A DNA stretch of 54,543 bases from Actinomycetota bacterium (GTDB taxonomy: Bacteria; Actinomycetota; Acidimicrobiia; Acidimicrobiales; Ilumatobacteraceae). Below the pieces are notes generated by a model. That model had not been told where the DNA came from and ran no database searches. It was given only the letters and a program-made list of their open reading frames with translations. The DNA lies in the NCBI GenBank assembly GCA_027729785.1, contig JAQCDY010000001.1, forward strand, positions 1 to 54,543, given 5' to 3'. Of the stretch, positions 16,737 to 26,430 are shown in pieces. A program made the position numbers and the translations under genes. Each line of letters starts with the position of its first letter. The stretch's first letter is position 1.

Positions 16737-17291
16737 ATGTCGTTGTCGATTTGGCTCGTCGTAATAGTTGTCGTGCTCGCTGGTTTCGTGGCGTTTTCGT
16801 ACAACTCGTTGGTGCGCAGACGCAATCAAGTGAAGAATGCGTGGTCGCAGATCGACGTGCAGTTGAAGCGTCGAATCGAGTTGATTCCGAATCTTGTAGA
16901 GACGGTCAAGGGTTATGCAGACTTTGAGCAGAAAACTTTGCAACAGGTGATCGCAGCGAGAAATTCTGCGATGTCGGCATCAAGTTCTGTTACCAGTCAA
17001 GCTGGAGCAGATAACGCATTGTCGGGTGCATTGCGACAATTATTCGCGTTGTCTGAGTCTTACCCAGACCTGAAGGCCAACGCCAGCTTTTTGAGTCTGC
17101 AAGAAGAACTTAGCAACACTGAAAGTCGCATCGCCTATGCACGCCAGTTCTACAACGACGCCGTTTTGTCATATAACAACACGGTGCACTCGTTTCCGAG
17201 TGTGATTTTCGCATCGTTGTTCAAATTCGAAGAGAGTGAATTTTTTGAGGCGACTGACGTCGAAAAAATCGCGCCGAAGGTGCAGTTTTAA
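16737..17291 (+). CDS. lemA: LemA family membrane protein
   Basis: It has an N-terminal TM helix followed by YNSLVRRRNQVKNAWSQIDVQLKRRIELIPNLVETVKGYADFE...ESYPDLKAN..FLSLQEEL, the LemA signature. It is paired with htpX, as is common. Confidence 0.9.
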   Translation: MSLSIWLVVIVVVLAGFVAFSYNSLVRRRNQVKNAWSQIDVQLKRRIELIPNLVETVKGYADFEQKTLQQVIAARNSAMSASSSVTSQAGADNALSGALRQLFALSESYPDLKANASFLSLQEELSNTESRIAYARQFYNDAVLSYNNTVHSFPSVIFASLFKFEESEFFEATDVEKIAPKVQF

Positions 17292-17306
17292 AACCACCGG
17301 TCATCT

Positions 17307-18212
17307 ATGCACGATTTAATCTCCGCCAATAAGCGACGCTCGATATTTCTGATTCTCGGCTTCGTGCTGCTTACGGTCGCAGCCGGCGCAGCAGCCGGTC
17401 AAGTTTCTGGTAATCCGTTTTTCGGCACTTCGATCGCCCTGATTATTTCTGCGGTGTTGGCGTTCACCTCTTATTGGAAGTCAGACAAGATTGCGTTGAG
17501 GGTCAGTCGTGCCAAACCGGCCGACGAACAGACCTACAAACGGTTGCATAATTTGGTCGAGGGTTTGTGCATCGCTGGTGGTTTGCCCAAGCCGGGCTTG
17601 TATGTGATCGACGACCCAGCACCGAATGCTTTCGCCACCGGGCGAAATCCAAAACATGCAGCTATCGCCGTGACGAGCGGTCTACTTGAAAAACTTGATC
17701 GAGTCGAACTTGAGGGAGTCTTGGCGCACGAACTTTCACATATTCGCAACTATGACATCTTGGTTTCGACGATCGCCGTGACGCTCGTTGGCACGATTGC
17801 GATTTTGACTGACTTGGCGATTCGAATGATGTGGTGGAATGGCGGCCGAGTCAGTCGCTCGTCTGATCGTCGGAACTCGAGTAACCCGCTTGCGCTGATT
17901 GGTTTTGCATTGCTGATAATCGCCCCGATTATCGCCCGCATAATGCAAGCCAGTGTGAGTCGTCGCCGCGAATCATTGGCCGATGTCTCAGCCTGTCAGT
18001 TGACGCGATATCCGCCTGGTTTGATATCCGCTTTAGAAAAACTTCAAGCAGATAGCACCGTGACGCATTCAGCCAGTATGGCTACGGCCCATATGTGGAT
18101 TGAGCAGCCTTTGTCGGGGGTGAATGACGCAGGCAAGTTAGGTGGATTTCATAGACTATTTAATACTCATCCACCGCTCTCTGAGCGAATAGCAACCCTA
18201 AGGGAGATGTAA
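17307..18212 (+). CDS. htpX: Zinc metalloprotease HtpX (peptidase M48)
   Basis: Contains the HEXXH motif (AHELSHIRNYD), four hydrophobic segments, and the downstream Glu ligand region RRRESLAD. Confidence 0.92.
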   Translation: MHDLISANKRRSIFLILGFVLLTVAAGAAAGQVSGNPFFGTSIALIISAVLAFTSYWKSDKIALRVSRAKPADEQTYKRLHNLVEGLCIAGGLPKPGLYVIDDPAPNAFATGRNPKHAAIAVTSGLLEKLDRVELEGVLAHELSHIRNYDILVSTIAVTLVGTIAILTDLAIRMMWWNGGRVSRSSDRRNSSNPLALIGFALLIIAPIIARIMQASVSRRRESLADVSACQLTRYPPGLISALEKLQADSTVTHSASMATAHMWIEQPLSGVNDAGKLGGFHRLFNTHPPLSERIATLREM

Positions 18213-18214
18213 AA

Positions 18215-19285
18215 ATGCGCGGTTTTCGAAATAAAGAGTTTTTGGCGTTGTTCGTTGCGGGTGTGATTGTCGCTGGGTGTAGCGGCTCTTCAAGTTCAAC
18301 CGAGACGAGTGAGTCGTCAGTCGTAGACACGAGTGTTGCCGAAATCACGACGACCACGACGACGATTCCAATTGTTCGGGCACCGTTGACCGGGGCACAG
18401 GCGCCTGATGAATCTGTGATTGGACGACCGGCAATGGTCGTCAAGATCGATAATCATCCGAAATCGCGACCGCAGTGGGGTTTGAATCAGGCTGACATCG
18501 TGTTCGAAGAAAATGTCGAACAGTTGACCCGTTTCGCCGCAGTGTTTCAATCGCAAGGAAGCGATCCGGTAGGGCCGGTGCGCAGCGGTCGGTTGCAAGA
18601 CATCGATCTTGTTTCATCTTTGAATGGTCCGTTGTTTGTCTGGAGCGGTGGTAACGCGGGTGTCACTGCAAAGATTCGAAAATCAACTTTGGTCGACCTG
18701 AGCCATTCTGTCGCTAACGAAGCCGGCGGTTTTAGACGCGAATCGAGTCGTGTGGCGCCACACAACTTGGTGGCAGATACGACAAAACTTTGGACACTGG
18801 CGAAACCCGATGCCAAACCACCCGTGCCACAATTTGAATATCGTGCCGATGATCAGGCCGTGCCGACAGATGCCAAACCTGCTGGTGCGGTAAAAATTTC
18901 AATGGATGGCGTGGATGTGATGTGGGAGTGGAGACCCGAGGTTTTGGCGTTCGTGCGTTCGCAAGATGACAGGCCGCACGTCGACATGCAAGATGTTCGG
19001 ATTAACGCGTCGAATGTCATCGTGTTGTCAGTGACATACGGCAAGTCTGGTTCGAGTCCGGTTGCCAAGACTGTTGGCAGTGGTGAAGTTTGGGTCTATA
19101 CGGCAGGTGCGTTGATTCAAGGTTCATGGGAACGCACTGATCCGCTGAAGCCGTTTGTGTTTAAAGACACAAAGGGTGCTGTAATCAAACTCACACCTGG
19201 TCGTACATGGGTTGAAGTAATTCGGGCAAATTCGGCGGCACATATTCCTGCGGGGATTGATGTCACTAGCGTCGCTTATCCGTAA
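18215..19285 (+). CDS. DUF3048-family lipoprotein
   Basis: It has a lipobox (LFVAGVIVAGC SGS), a Ser/Thr-rich linker, then APLTG...RPAMVVKIDNHPKSRPQWGLNQADIVFEENVEQLTRFAAVF, which is typical of DUF3048. Confidence 0.8.
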   Translation: MRGFRNKEFLALFVAGVIVAGCSGSSSSTETSESSVVDTSVAEITTTTTTIPIVRAPLTGAQAPDESVIGRPAMVVKIDNHPKSRPQWGLNQADIVFEENVEQLTRFAAVFQSQGSDPVGPVRSGRLQDIDLVSSLNGPLFVWSGGNAGVTAKIRKSTLVDLSHSVANEAGGFRRESSRVAPHNLVADTTKLWTLAKPDAKPPVPQFEYRADDQAVPTDAKPAGAVKISMDGVDVMWEWRPEVLAFVRSQDDRPHVDMQDVRINASNVIVLSVTYGKSGSSPVAKTVGSGEVWVYTAGALIQGSWERTDPLKPFVFKDTKGAVIKLTPGRTWVEVIRANSAAHIPAGIDVTSVAYP

Positions 19286-19340
19286 CACAACCCGAGTTCG
19301 CGCTCGCTACTATTGAAACAAATAGTTGAAGGGTTGACTC

Positions 19341-20249
19341 ATGGCAAAACGCGAAACTGAAAACCCAGGCAAGTCGGCAACGGGGTCGATGCTCGTCAAA
19401 CGTGGTCTTGCAGAAATGCTCAAGGGCGGCGTGATCATGGACGTCGTTAATCCTGAGCAGGCCAAGATCGCCGAAGACGCGGGTGCGTGCGCAGTGATGG
19501 CCCTTGAGCGAGTGCCAGCAGACATTCGTCGAGACGGTGGCGTAGCGCGAATGAGCGACCCAGAGATGATCACCGGCATTCAGGCCGTTTGTTCAATACC
19601 AGTTATGGCCAAAGCGCGAATCGGACATTTTGTTGAAGCACAAGTTCTTGAATCGCTCGGTGTCGACTTTATTGATGAGAGTGAAGTTTTGACACCGGCA
19701 GATGAGGCCCACCACATCGACAAGTTGAAGTTCACCATACCGTTCGTGTGCGGCGCGACAAATCTTGGTGAGGCATTGCGTCGCATCAGCGAAGGCGCGG
19801 CTTTGATTCGTTCTAAGGGAGAAGCCGGAACCGGCAACATTGTCGAAGCAGTACGCCATCTTCGTTCGATCATCGGTGACATTCGAAAAATTACACAAGC
19901 CGACTCGGCAGAACTTTTTGAATGGGCCAAGCGACTGCAGGCGCCATTGCCATTGGTGCAAGAGATTGCCGAGACAGGATGGTTGCAAGTGCCGTTATTT
20001 TGTGCTGGCGGTATCGCCACGCCAAGCGACGCGGCATTGGCAATGCAACTTGGGGCACAGGCAGTTTTCGTCGGCTCAGGCATTTTCAAGAGTGATGATC
20101 CCGCGCCGCGAGCCAAGGCGATCGTCGAAGCGACAACGCACTTTCGAGACCCCGAGATCATCGCCAAAGTGAGTCGAAATCTTGGCGGGCCAATGACCGG
20201 AATCGGCATGGACAAAATCGAACAACGTTATGCAGAGCGTGGCTGGTGA
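19341..20249 (+). CDS. pdxS: Pyridoxal 5'-phosphate synthase lyase subunit PdxS
   Basis: [36 protein letters not shown] and the rest are highly conserved PdxS sequence. An SD (GAAGGG) lies upstream. Confidence 0.97.
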   Translation: MAKRETENPGKSATGSMLVKRGLAEMLKGGVIMDVVNPEQAKIAEDAGACAVMALERVPADIRRDGGVARMSDPEMITGIQAVCSIPVMAKARIGHFVEAQVLESLGVDFIDESEVLTPADEAHHIDKLKFTIPFVCGATNLGEALRRISEGAALIRSKGEAGTGNIVEAVRHLRSIIGDIRKITQADSAELFEWAKRLQAPLPLVQEIAETGWLQVPLFCAGGIATPSDAALAMQLGAQAVFVGSGIFKSDDPAPRAKAIVEATTHFRDPEIIAKVSRNLGGPMTGIGMDKIEQRYAERGW

Positions 20250-20270
20250 GCGATTCGAGGCCTCCGGGTT

Positions 20271-20864
20271 ATGCGAGTTTCACAAAATAGTGCAAAAAAA
20301 GTTGTCGGAGTCCTAGCACTTCAGGGTGCATTTGATAGTCACGAGCGAATGCTTAGTGAACTTGATGTTGCGACGCAAGAAGTCAGAACCCCACAAGATT
20401 TGTCGGTCGTAGATGCGCTGATCATGCCTGGCGGTGAGTCAACGACGATGTCCCAGTTGCTTGAGTCGTCAGAGTTGTATGAGCCAATAAAAAAAATGAT
20501 TCACGAAGGCATGCCAGTTTTTGGCACGTGTGCAGGGATGATCCTTCTGGCCAAAAGGATCTTCGATGGACGCGATGATCAAGTTTCATTCAATGCGATC
20601 GATATCGAGGTGCAACGCAATGCCTATGGTCGCCAAGTCGACAGTTTCGAAGCCGAGATCCAAGTCGAACGACTTGATGGTGCGTTTCACGCCGTGTTTA
20701 TTCGCGCGCCGCGAATCGTCAACTTGTCTCCGGACGTCGAGGTTTTGGCGAAGTTCGGTTCGGACGTAGTTTTGGCCAGACAAAAGAATGTCTTGGTTGC
20801 CGCGTTTCACCCGGAACTTTCAGATGATAAGCGAGTTCATGAGATGTTTGTAAAGGAGATTTAG
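20271..20864 (+). CDS. pdxT: Pyridoxal 5'-phosphate synthase glutaminase subunit PdxT
   Basis: Contains GVLALQGAF, PGGESTTM, the nucleophile motif GTCAGMILLA, and FHPEL. Confidence 0.95.
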   Translation: MRVSQNSAKKVVGVLALQGAFDSHERMLSELDVATQEVRTPQDLSVVDALIMPGGESTTMSQLLESSELYEPIKKMIHEGMPVFGTCAGMILLAKRIFDGRDDQVSFNAIDIEVQRNAYGRQVDSFEAEIQVERLDGAFHAVFIRAPRIVNLSPDVEVLAKFGSDVVLARQKNVLVAAFHPELSDDKRVHEMFVKEI

Positions 20865-20866
20865 CG

Positions 20867-21613
20867 ATGTCAGGTCACTCTAAATGGGCAACCATCAAGC
20901 ACAAGAAAGCCGCAATTGACAAAGTTCGCGGCAAAACTTTTGCCAAGCTTTCACGATTGCTAGAAGTCGCCGCTCGCGAAGGCGGAGGAGATGTTTCGAT
21001 AAATGCTGCGCTGCGCACAGTGGTGTCAAAAGCAAAAGCGGCACAAATGACAAACGAAGCGATTGATCGGGCAATTAAGCGAGGCATGGGAGAAACCGAC
21101 GGCAAAGTTTACGAATCGGTGACTTACGAGGCGTATGCCCCGGGTGGTGTGGCAATGTTGATCGATATTCTTACTGACAATCGCAACAGGACAGCCGCCG
21201 ACGTACGAATAATTTTTTCAAAGCAAGGCGGATCAATGGCTGCACCCGGCTCGGTCGGCTGGCAGTTTTCACGCAAAGGCGTGATTCTCGTCGCAAAGTC
21301 AGCCAGTGAAGAAGAGTTGATGACGATCGGTCTTGATCATGGACTAGAAGACATCACTGCCGACGAAGAAATGTGGCACATCACCAGCGAACCCAGTCAG
21401 GTCTACGAATTGAAAGCGGCGTATGAGGCGTCCAAAATTTCTGTGAGTTCAGCGACGACAACGATGCTCTCGTCGAATACCGTGGCAGTAACTGACCCCG
21501 CCGATGCGAAGGCGATCTTGAAAATTATGCATGAACTCGACGACAATGACGATGTTCAAGATGTCTATGCTAATTTTGATATTTCTGAGACTCTGATGCA
21601 GGAAGTTGGTTAG
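20867..21613 (+). CDS. yebC: YebC/PmpR family DNA-binding transcriptional regulator
   Basis: It has the MSGHSKWATIKHKKAAIDKVRGKTFAKL N-terminus. An SD (AAGGAG) lies upstream. Confidence 0.95.
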   Translation: MSGHSKWATIKHKKAAIDKVRGKTFAKLSRLLEVAAREGGGDVSINAALRTVVSKAKAAQMTNEAIDRAIKRGMGETDGKVYESVTYEAYAPGGVAMLIDILTDNRNRTAADVRIIFSKQGGSMAAPGSVGWQFSRKGVILVAKSASEEELMTIGLDHGLEDITADEEMWHITSEPSQVYELKAAYEASKISVSSATTTMLSSNTVAVTDPADAKAILKIMHELDDNDDVQDVYANFDISETLMQEVG

Positions 21614-21616
21614 CTC

Positions 21617-22078
21617 ATGGCATCTTCGCGAACACTTGAAGTCGGGGATGTTGCACCTGACTTCACGTTGCCTGGCACATCCAAGCAGAACTATTCATTG
21701 TCACAATTTCGTGGCCAGACAGTCGTCTTGGTTTTTTACCCGGGCGACGCAACCATGGTCTGCACCAAGCAGTTGTGCTCTTATAACCAAGAGTTGCAAC
21801 AGTTCAAAAAAGTTAACGCCCAGATTCTGGCGATATCCGCACAAGACATGGCCAGCCATGAGGATTTCAGCGCCGCGCAAGGGTTCGGGTTTCCGTTACT
21901 TTCCGATACCGACAAGACGGTGGCCAATCTCTATTCGGTTGTTGGATTGCTGGGGTTACCACGACGAAGCGTTTTCGTAATCGATGCCGATGGTGTCATT
22001 AAATACGTCCATCGGGCCCTTTTGGGTTTGACCTTTCGACCTGTCAGCGAACTTATCGAGGCAGTCGCCACTGCCTAG
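21617..22078 (+). CDS. bcp: Thiol peroxidase, Bcp/PrxQ-type peroxiredoxin
   Basis: [11 protein letters not shown]...[22 protein letters not shown] shows an AhpC/TSA fold with two Cys residues spaced CxxxxC, as in PrxQ/Bcp. Confidence 0.85.
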   Translation: MASSRTLEVGDVAPDFTLPGTSKQNYSLSQFRGQTVVLVFYPGDATMVCTKQLCSYNQELQQFKKVNAQILAISAQDMASHEDFSAAQGFGFPLLSDTDKTVANLYSVVGLLGLPRRSVFVIDADGVIKYVHRALLGLTFRPVSELIEAVATA

Positions 22079-22090
22079 ACAGGCACATAC

Positions 22091-22096
22091 TAAGAT
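22091..22096 (+). promoter_or_regulatory. -10-like hexamer TAAGAT, 6 nt upstream of the ruvC ATG (leaderless geometry)
   Basis: TAAGAT-gaacat-ATG in the 24-nt gap. It directly abuts the SOS box. Confidence 0.45.
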
Positions 22097-22108
22097 GAAC
22101 ATATGTTC
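22097..22108. promoter_or_regulatory. Candidate LexA operator (SOS/Cheo box) GAACATATGTTC overlapping the ruvC start codon
   Basis: It is a perfect palindrome, GAAC-N4-GTTC, which is the core of the Gram-positive/actinobacterial LexA consensus (CGAACRNRYGTTYC; mycobacterial TCGAAC-N4-GTTCGA). The flanks are T..G. The ATG of ruvC sits in the spacer. Confidence 0.55.
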
Positions 22109-22633
22109 GCCCCACGTCAAAACAGTGTTCTTGGGATTGACCCTGGTTTGACTAGGTGCGGTTACGCGGTGTTGCAACAAATCGGTGGCACCGAAATTTC
22201 GCTGACTGCCTTGGGGGTGCTGCGTACCAGTCCCGGGAAAGATCTGTCGAATCGTCTGGCCGAGATAGCAACCGAAATTGACGCATTGCTTGACGAGTAT
22301 CAACCATCTGTGGTCGCCGTTGAGCGAATATTTTTTCAAGCCAATGTGCGCACGGCGATGAGCGTCGGACAAGTCAGCGGACTCGTGTTGAGCGCTGCAG
22401 CGCGTCGTGGTCTCGAAGTCGTGCAGTATTCGCCGAATCAAGTAAAACTCGCGATAACCGGGTGGGGTGGCGCCGACAAAGCTCAAGTACAAAAGATGGT
22501 CAAGCAACGCCTCAAGTTGAATTCAATTCCTAAACCTGCCGACGCCGCCGACGCTGCAGCAATCGCGTTGTGTCACATTGCCACTAGTCCATTGGCGGCG
22601 AAGATCGCTCAGTCAATTGGGGGCAAAAAATGA
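22103..22633 (+). CDS. ruvC: Crossover junction endodeoxyribonuclease RuvC
   Basis: VLGIDPGLTRCGYAVL (catalytic Asp), VAVERIFF, and PADAADAAAIALCH. Confidence 0.95.
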   Translation: MFAPRQNSVLGIDPGLTRCGYAVLQQIGGTEISLTALGVLRTSPGKDLSNRLAEIATEIDALLDEYQPSVVAVERIFFQANVRTAMSVGQVSGLVLSAAARRGLEVVQYSPNQVKLAITGWGGADKAQVQKMVKQRLKLNSIPKPADAADAAAIALCHIATSPLAAKIAQSIGGKK

Positions 22634-23217
22634 TCGGATCATTGCGCGGGGTGGTGCTCGAGCGCACGAGCGACTCCACCGTTCTGATCGAAGTGAGTGG
22701 TCTTGGCTATCTAGTGCATGTCACTCCGCGCACACTGGGTGAACTTGAACCGACATCCAAAGCGTTTTTATACGTGCATCACCATGTTCGTGAAGATGCG
22801 CAAACTCTTTACGGTTTTTTGGACCGAGACGAAAGAAGATGCTTCGAGGTGCTGATCGCAACTCACGGGGTTGGGCCAACCATGGCGATGGCGGTCTTGG
22901 CCACACATTTACCCCGAGCGCTGGTTGATATCGTCGCCGGCTCCGACATTGCAGCTTTGACGCTCGTCTCGGGTGTCGGCAAAAAAACTGCAGAGCGATT
23001 GTTGATCGAATTGAAGAATCGATTGAATCTGAACATTCTCGAATCCTCGAACAATCTGGGTGGTTCGTCGAGTGTTGGGGACGTGCGTGACGCACTTGCC
23101 GGCTTGGGTTATTCGGCCGAAGAGATTCGTGATGCATTGCGAGAGTTGAGCGTGAGCAATGATTCAGAAGTAATGTTGCGCGAAGCGCTCAATCTGTTGG
23201 GGGTACGCCGTGCGTGA
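22630..23217 (+). CDS. ruvA: Holliday junction branch migration complex subunit RuvA
   Basis: MIGSLRGVV...GLGYLVHV (OB domain), the HhH motif [12 protein letters not shown], and C-terminal domain III. Its start overlaps the ruvC stop. Confidence 0.95.
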   Translation: MIGSLRGVVLERTSDSTVLIEVSGLGYLVHVTPRTLGELEPTSKAFLYVHHHVREDAQTLYGFLDRDERRCFEVLIATHGVGPTMAMAVLATHLPRALVDIVAGSDIAALTLVSGVGKKTAERLLIELKNRLNLNILESSNNLGGSSSVGDVRDALAGLGYSAEEIRDALRELSVSNDSEVMLREALNLLGVRRA

Positions 23218-24229
23218 AGAATTTACCGACCCTGCGATTACTACAGACCCCACGGATCTCGACGATATTGGTTTGCGTCCTAAGTCGCTCGCTGATTTTG
23301 TCGGACAACGCGAATTGAAAGAGCATCTCGGCATAGTTTTAGAAGCCGCACGCAAGCGAGAGCAATCGGCGGATCACATTTTGTTGGCTGGTCCACCTGG
23401 CTTGGGCAAAACGACGATGGCCGGCATCGTGGCCAGCGAGATGTCGGCAAAAATTCACATTACGTCAGGCCCTGCCCTCGAACGCGCTGGTGATTTGGCG
23501 GCGATTTTGACCAAACTAGACACGAACGATGTGTTGTTCATCGACGAGATTCATCGCTTGTCCAGGCAGGTCGAAGAAATTTTGTATCCGGCGATGGAAG
23601 ACTTTCAAATTGACATCGTCGTCGGCAAGGGGCCCTCGGCGTCTTCGATTCGTTTGACGTTGCCCAGATTCACCCTGATTGGGGCAACCACTCGCACGGG
23701 CATGATCACCGGTCCGTTGCGAGATCGATTCGGATTGGTTGCCAGACTCGACTTTTATGAAGTGGATGAACTTGAAAAAATTGTTTTGCGGACGGCTCGA
23801 ATTTTGAAAGTTCCAATCGACAAGGATGGTTCACATGAAATCGCTAGACGCTCACGCGGCACCCCAAGAATTGCCAACCGGTTATTGCGTCGAGTTCGTG
23901 ATCACGCCGAGGTTCGTGGTGATGGTCAGGTCACGCAAGCCAGCGCACGTCAAGCACTTGAAGTTTTCGGCGTCGACGAATTAGGTCTGGACAAAGTTGA
24001 CCGAGCGATCTTGTCGGCCCTGTGCCGTCAATTTGCTGGTGGGCCAGTCGGGCTTTCGACGTTGGCCATTTCTGTCAGCGAGCAGACCGAGACGATCGAA
24101 GATGTTTACGAGCCGTTTTTGATTCAGCAGGGTTTGTTGGTGCGCACGCCGCGCGGCAGGGTGGCGATGCCATTGGCATGGCAGCATCTTGGGCAAACGC
24201 CGCCCGAAACGGCTCCTGAATTATTTTAA
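23210..24229 (+). CDS. ruvB: Holliday junction branch migration DNA helicase RuvB
   Basis: [12 protein letters not shown], Walker [13 protein letters not shown], Walker [11 protein letters not shown], and the sensor/winged-helix C-terminus. Confidence 0.96.
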   Translation: MREEFTDPAITTDPTDLDDIGLRPKSLADFVGQRELKEHLGIVLEAARKREQSADHILLAGPPGLGKTTMAGIVASEMSAKIHITSGPALERAGDLAAILTKLDTNDVLFIDEIHRLSRQVEEILYPAMEDFQIDIVVGKGPSASSIRLTLPRFTLIGATTRTGMITGPLRDRFGLVARLDFYEVDELEKIVLRTARILKVPIDKDGSHEIARRSRGTPRIANRLLRRVRDHAEVRGDGQVTQASARQALEVFGVDELGLDKVDRAILSALCRQFAGGPVGLSTLAISVSEQTETIEDVYEPFLIQQGLLVRTPRGRVAMPLAWQHLGQTPPETAPELF

Positions 24230-24241
24230 GATCAGTGTCTC

Positions 24242-25258
24242 GTGCGCATTGAAGACTTTGATTACGACTTACCAAGCGAACTAATCGCGCAAACACCCAT
24301 TGAACCGAGGGATGCAGCACGACTGTTGGTCGACCAAGGTGTAAATGGCACGTTGCATCGGCAAATAAAAAATCTGAACGAGTTTTGTCAGCCTGGCGAC
24401 GTGATTGTCGTCAATGACACAAAAGTTATGCCAGCGCGTCTGCGGCTGAGGCGAAAGTCGGGTGGTTCGGCAGAAGTATTGTTGCTCGAGCAAAACAAGA
24501 CCGCCCCGTCTTCTTGGGAAGCGCTGGTTCGACCTGCCAAGCGGCTAAAACTTGGCGAGACGCTTTTCGCCAACGACAATTCTGAAATTGTGCGAATTGG
24601 CGCGCGCACTGACGCGGGCGACACATTTGAGGTAGAACTTTCGGGTCAAACGCAATCTGAAATTGAAGAATTGCTGTTGCGATACGGCGAGATGCCGTTG
24701 CCCCCATATATAACCGAGCGTCTTGAGCAGCCAGAGCGCTATCAAACGGTTTATGCCAATAGACCAACCTCGGCGGCCGCTCCGACGGCTGGTTTGCATT
24801 TCACGCCAAAACTTCTTGATGAGTTAGGACAACTCGGCGTCAAAGTGTTACGCGTCGAATTGACCGTGGGTTTAGATACTTTCGCTCCAGTCACAGAGGC
24901 GAACCCGCTGGATCATCCGATGCACAGCGAGCATTACCGAGTGAGTCAAGACACGCTCGACGAGTGCAAGAACGCAAATCGTGTCATTGCGGTTGGTACG
25001 ACAGCAACTCGCGCTCTCGAGTCGGCGGCAACCAGTGGCTTGTTGACAGGTCGGACAAAGATGTTCATTTCGCGCGGTTATGAATTTAAAGTCGTGGACA
25101 TGTTGTTGACTAACTTTCACATGCCGCGAACCACGCTGTTGATGATGATTGAAGCATTCGTCGGCCCACGGTGGCGAGAGATCTACGCCACGGCGATTGC
25201 CGAGCGTTATCGGATGCTCTCATTTGGTGACGCGATGCTATTGGATCGTCATCTATAG
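24242..25258 (+). CDS. queA: tRNA preQ1(34) S-adenosylmethionine ribosyltransferase-isomerase QueA
   Basis: FDYDLPSELIAQTPIEPRDAARLLV, AAPTAGLHFT, VGTTATRALES, and LLTNFHMPRTTLLMM. Confidence 0.95.
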   Translation: MRIEDFDYDLPSELIAQTPIEPRDAARLLVDQGVNGTLHRQIKNLNEFCQPGDVIVVNDTKVMPARLRLRRKSGGSAEVLLLEQNKTAPSSWEALVRPAKRLKLGETLFANDNSEIVRIGARTDAGDTFEVELSGQTQSEIEELLLRYGEMPLPPYITERLEQPERYQTVYANRPTSAAAPTAGLHFTPKLLDELGQLGVKVLRVELTVGLDTFAPVTEANPLDHPMHSEHYRVSQDTLDECKNANRVIAVGTTATRALESAATSGLLTGRTKMFISRGYEFKVVDMLLTNFHMPRTTLLMMIEAFVGPRWREIYATAIAERYRMLSFGDAMLLDRHL

Positions 25259-25302
25259 CGCTCGCCAAATTCGTAACCAAGATTTAGGTACGGTGTAATT
25301 AA

Positions 25303-26421
25303 ATGTTTGCCGTTAAATTTCGCGAAATTGCACGCGATCAATCTGCTCGAGCAGGCGTGGCCACTACTCACCGTGGAGACTACGAGACTCCGTGCTTCAT
25401 GCCAGTTGGCACCAGGGGTGCGATTCGACATTTGAGTGCCCAAGATTATGAACAACTGGGTGCACGAATTGTGCTCGGTAATACATATCACTTGATGTTG
25501 CGACCCGGTGCGCAAGTAGTTGCTGACTTTGGTGGACTCGGAGCATTTTCGGGATGGAAGGGTTTGACTCTTACAGACTCCGGTGGCTTTCAAGTTTTTT
25601 CGTTGAATCCAGATGTTGACGACGATGGTGTTTCATTTCGCTCGACCTATGACGGTTCGTTGCATCGCTTCACGCCAGAATCGGCTGTCCAGACTCAACA
25701 ACTAATTGGTGCCGATATTCAGATGGTCTTGGATGTTTGTGCGGCATTGCCTTCGACCGATGATGTAATCAAATTGGCCCTAAAACGAACTTCAAGTTGG
25801 GCCAAGCGTGCGAAGGCAACGCATACTCGTGACGACCAAAGTTTGTTCGGCATCGTGCAGGGTGGCATCGACCCTGATCTTCGCCGAGAGAGTGCCAAGA
25901 TCACCGTTGATTTAGATTTTGACGGCTACGGAATTGGCGGACTTTCGGTAGGCGAGACTCGTGAAGAAATGTTGGTTGCACTGACTGCGGCGATCGAACA
26001 CCTGCCACAAGACCGTCCGCGATATTTAATGGGTGTCGGCGACCCGGCGTCATTGGTTGAGGCTGTGAATTTGGGCGTCGATCAGTTCGATTGCGTGATG
26101 CAAACTCGTATCGGAAGACACGGAACCGCGCTTACTTCGAGTGGAAAACTGAACATCACGCGTGCAGAGTTTTCGACCAGTCAAGATCCGATTGATATGC
26201 GGTGCAATTGCTCGGTGTGCCAACGGCATACGAGGGGCTACATTCGACATCTTTTTCAGGTCAATGAACCCACCGCAGCGCGGCTCGTTTCGATACATAA
26301 CATCGCATTTACTTTGAACCTGATGCAACAAATGCGCGACGCCATCGCCAAGGGTGAGTTCGCCAGTCTGAGAAAGTCTTTATTGGCTGTCTGGGCAGAC
26401 ACTGCTGACGAGAAGTTGTAA
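25303..26421 (+). CDS. tgt: Queuine/preQ1 tRNA-ribosyltransferase Tgt
   Basis: TPCFMPVGT, the catalytic region LTDSGGFQVFS, YLMGVGDP, and the zinc site CNCSVCQRHTRGYIRHL. Confidence 0.95.
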   Translation: MFAVKFREIARDQSARAGVATTHRGDYETPCFMPVGTRGAIRHLSAQDYEQLGARIVLGNTYHLMLRPGAQVVADFGGLGAFSGWKGLTLTDSGGFQVFSLNPDVDDDGVSFRSTYDGSLHRFTPESAVQTQQLIGADIQMVLDVCAALPSTDDVIKLALKRTSSWAKRAKATHTRDDQSLFGIVQGGIDPDLRRESAKITVDLDFDGYGIGGLSVGETREEMLVALTAAIEHLPQDRPRYLMGVGDPASLVEAVNLGVDQFDCVMQTRIGRHGTALTSSGKLNITRAEFSTSQDPIDMRCNCSVCQRHTRGYIRHLFQVNEPTAARLVSIHNIAFTLNLMQQMRDAIAKGEFASLRKSLLAVWADTADEKL

Positions 26422-26430
26422 CCCCTAGAC

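Noticed and set aside
18347-18364. A short tandem codon repeat, ACGACGACCACGACGACG.
   Set aside because: It encodes a Thr6 run in the Ser/Thr-rich linker just after the lipobox of the DUF3048 lipoprotein. This is an ordinary low-complexity linker, not a repeat element.
19310-19325. An inverted repeat, CTATT-GAAACA-AATAG, between the DUF3048 gene and pdxS. I considered it as a possible terminator.
   Set aside because: It has only five mostly A/T base pairs and no U-tract, so it is too weak to call an intrinsic terminator.
19580-20215. A 211-aa minus-strand ORF antisense to pdxS.
   Set aside because: pdxS is among the most conserved proteins in the window and fully explains the region. The antisense product is Ala/Ser/Pro-rich with no recognisable domain.
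21606-21980. A 124-aa plus-strand ORF in an alternative frame over the peroxiredoxin gene.
   Set aside because: The frame starting at 21617 gives a textbook Bcp/PrxQ sequence. The alternative frame is Trp/Arg/Ser-rich with no similarity to anything I know.
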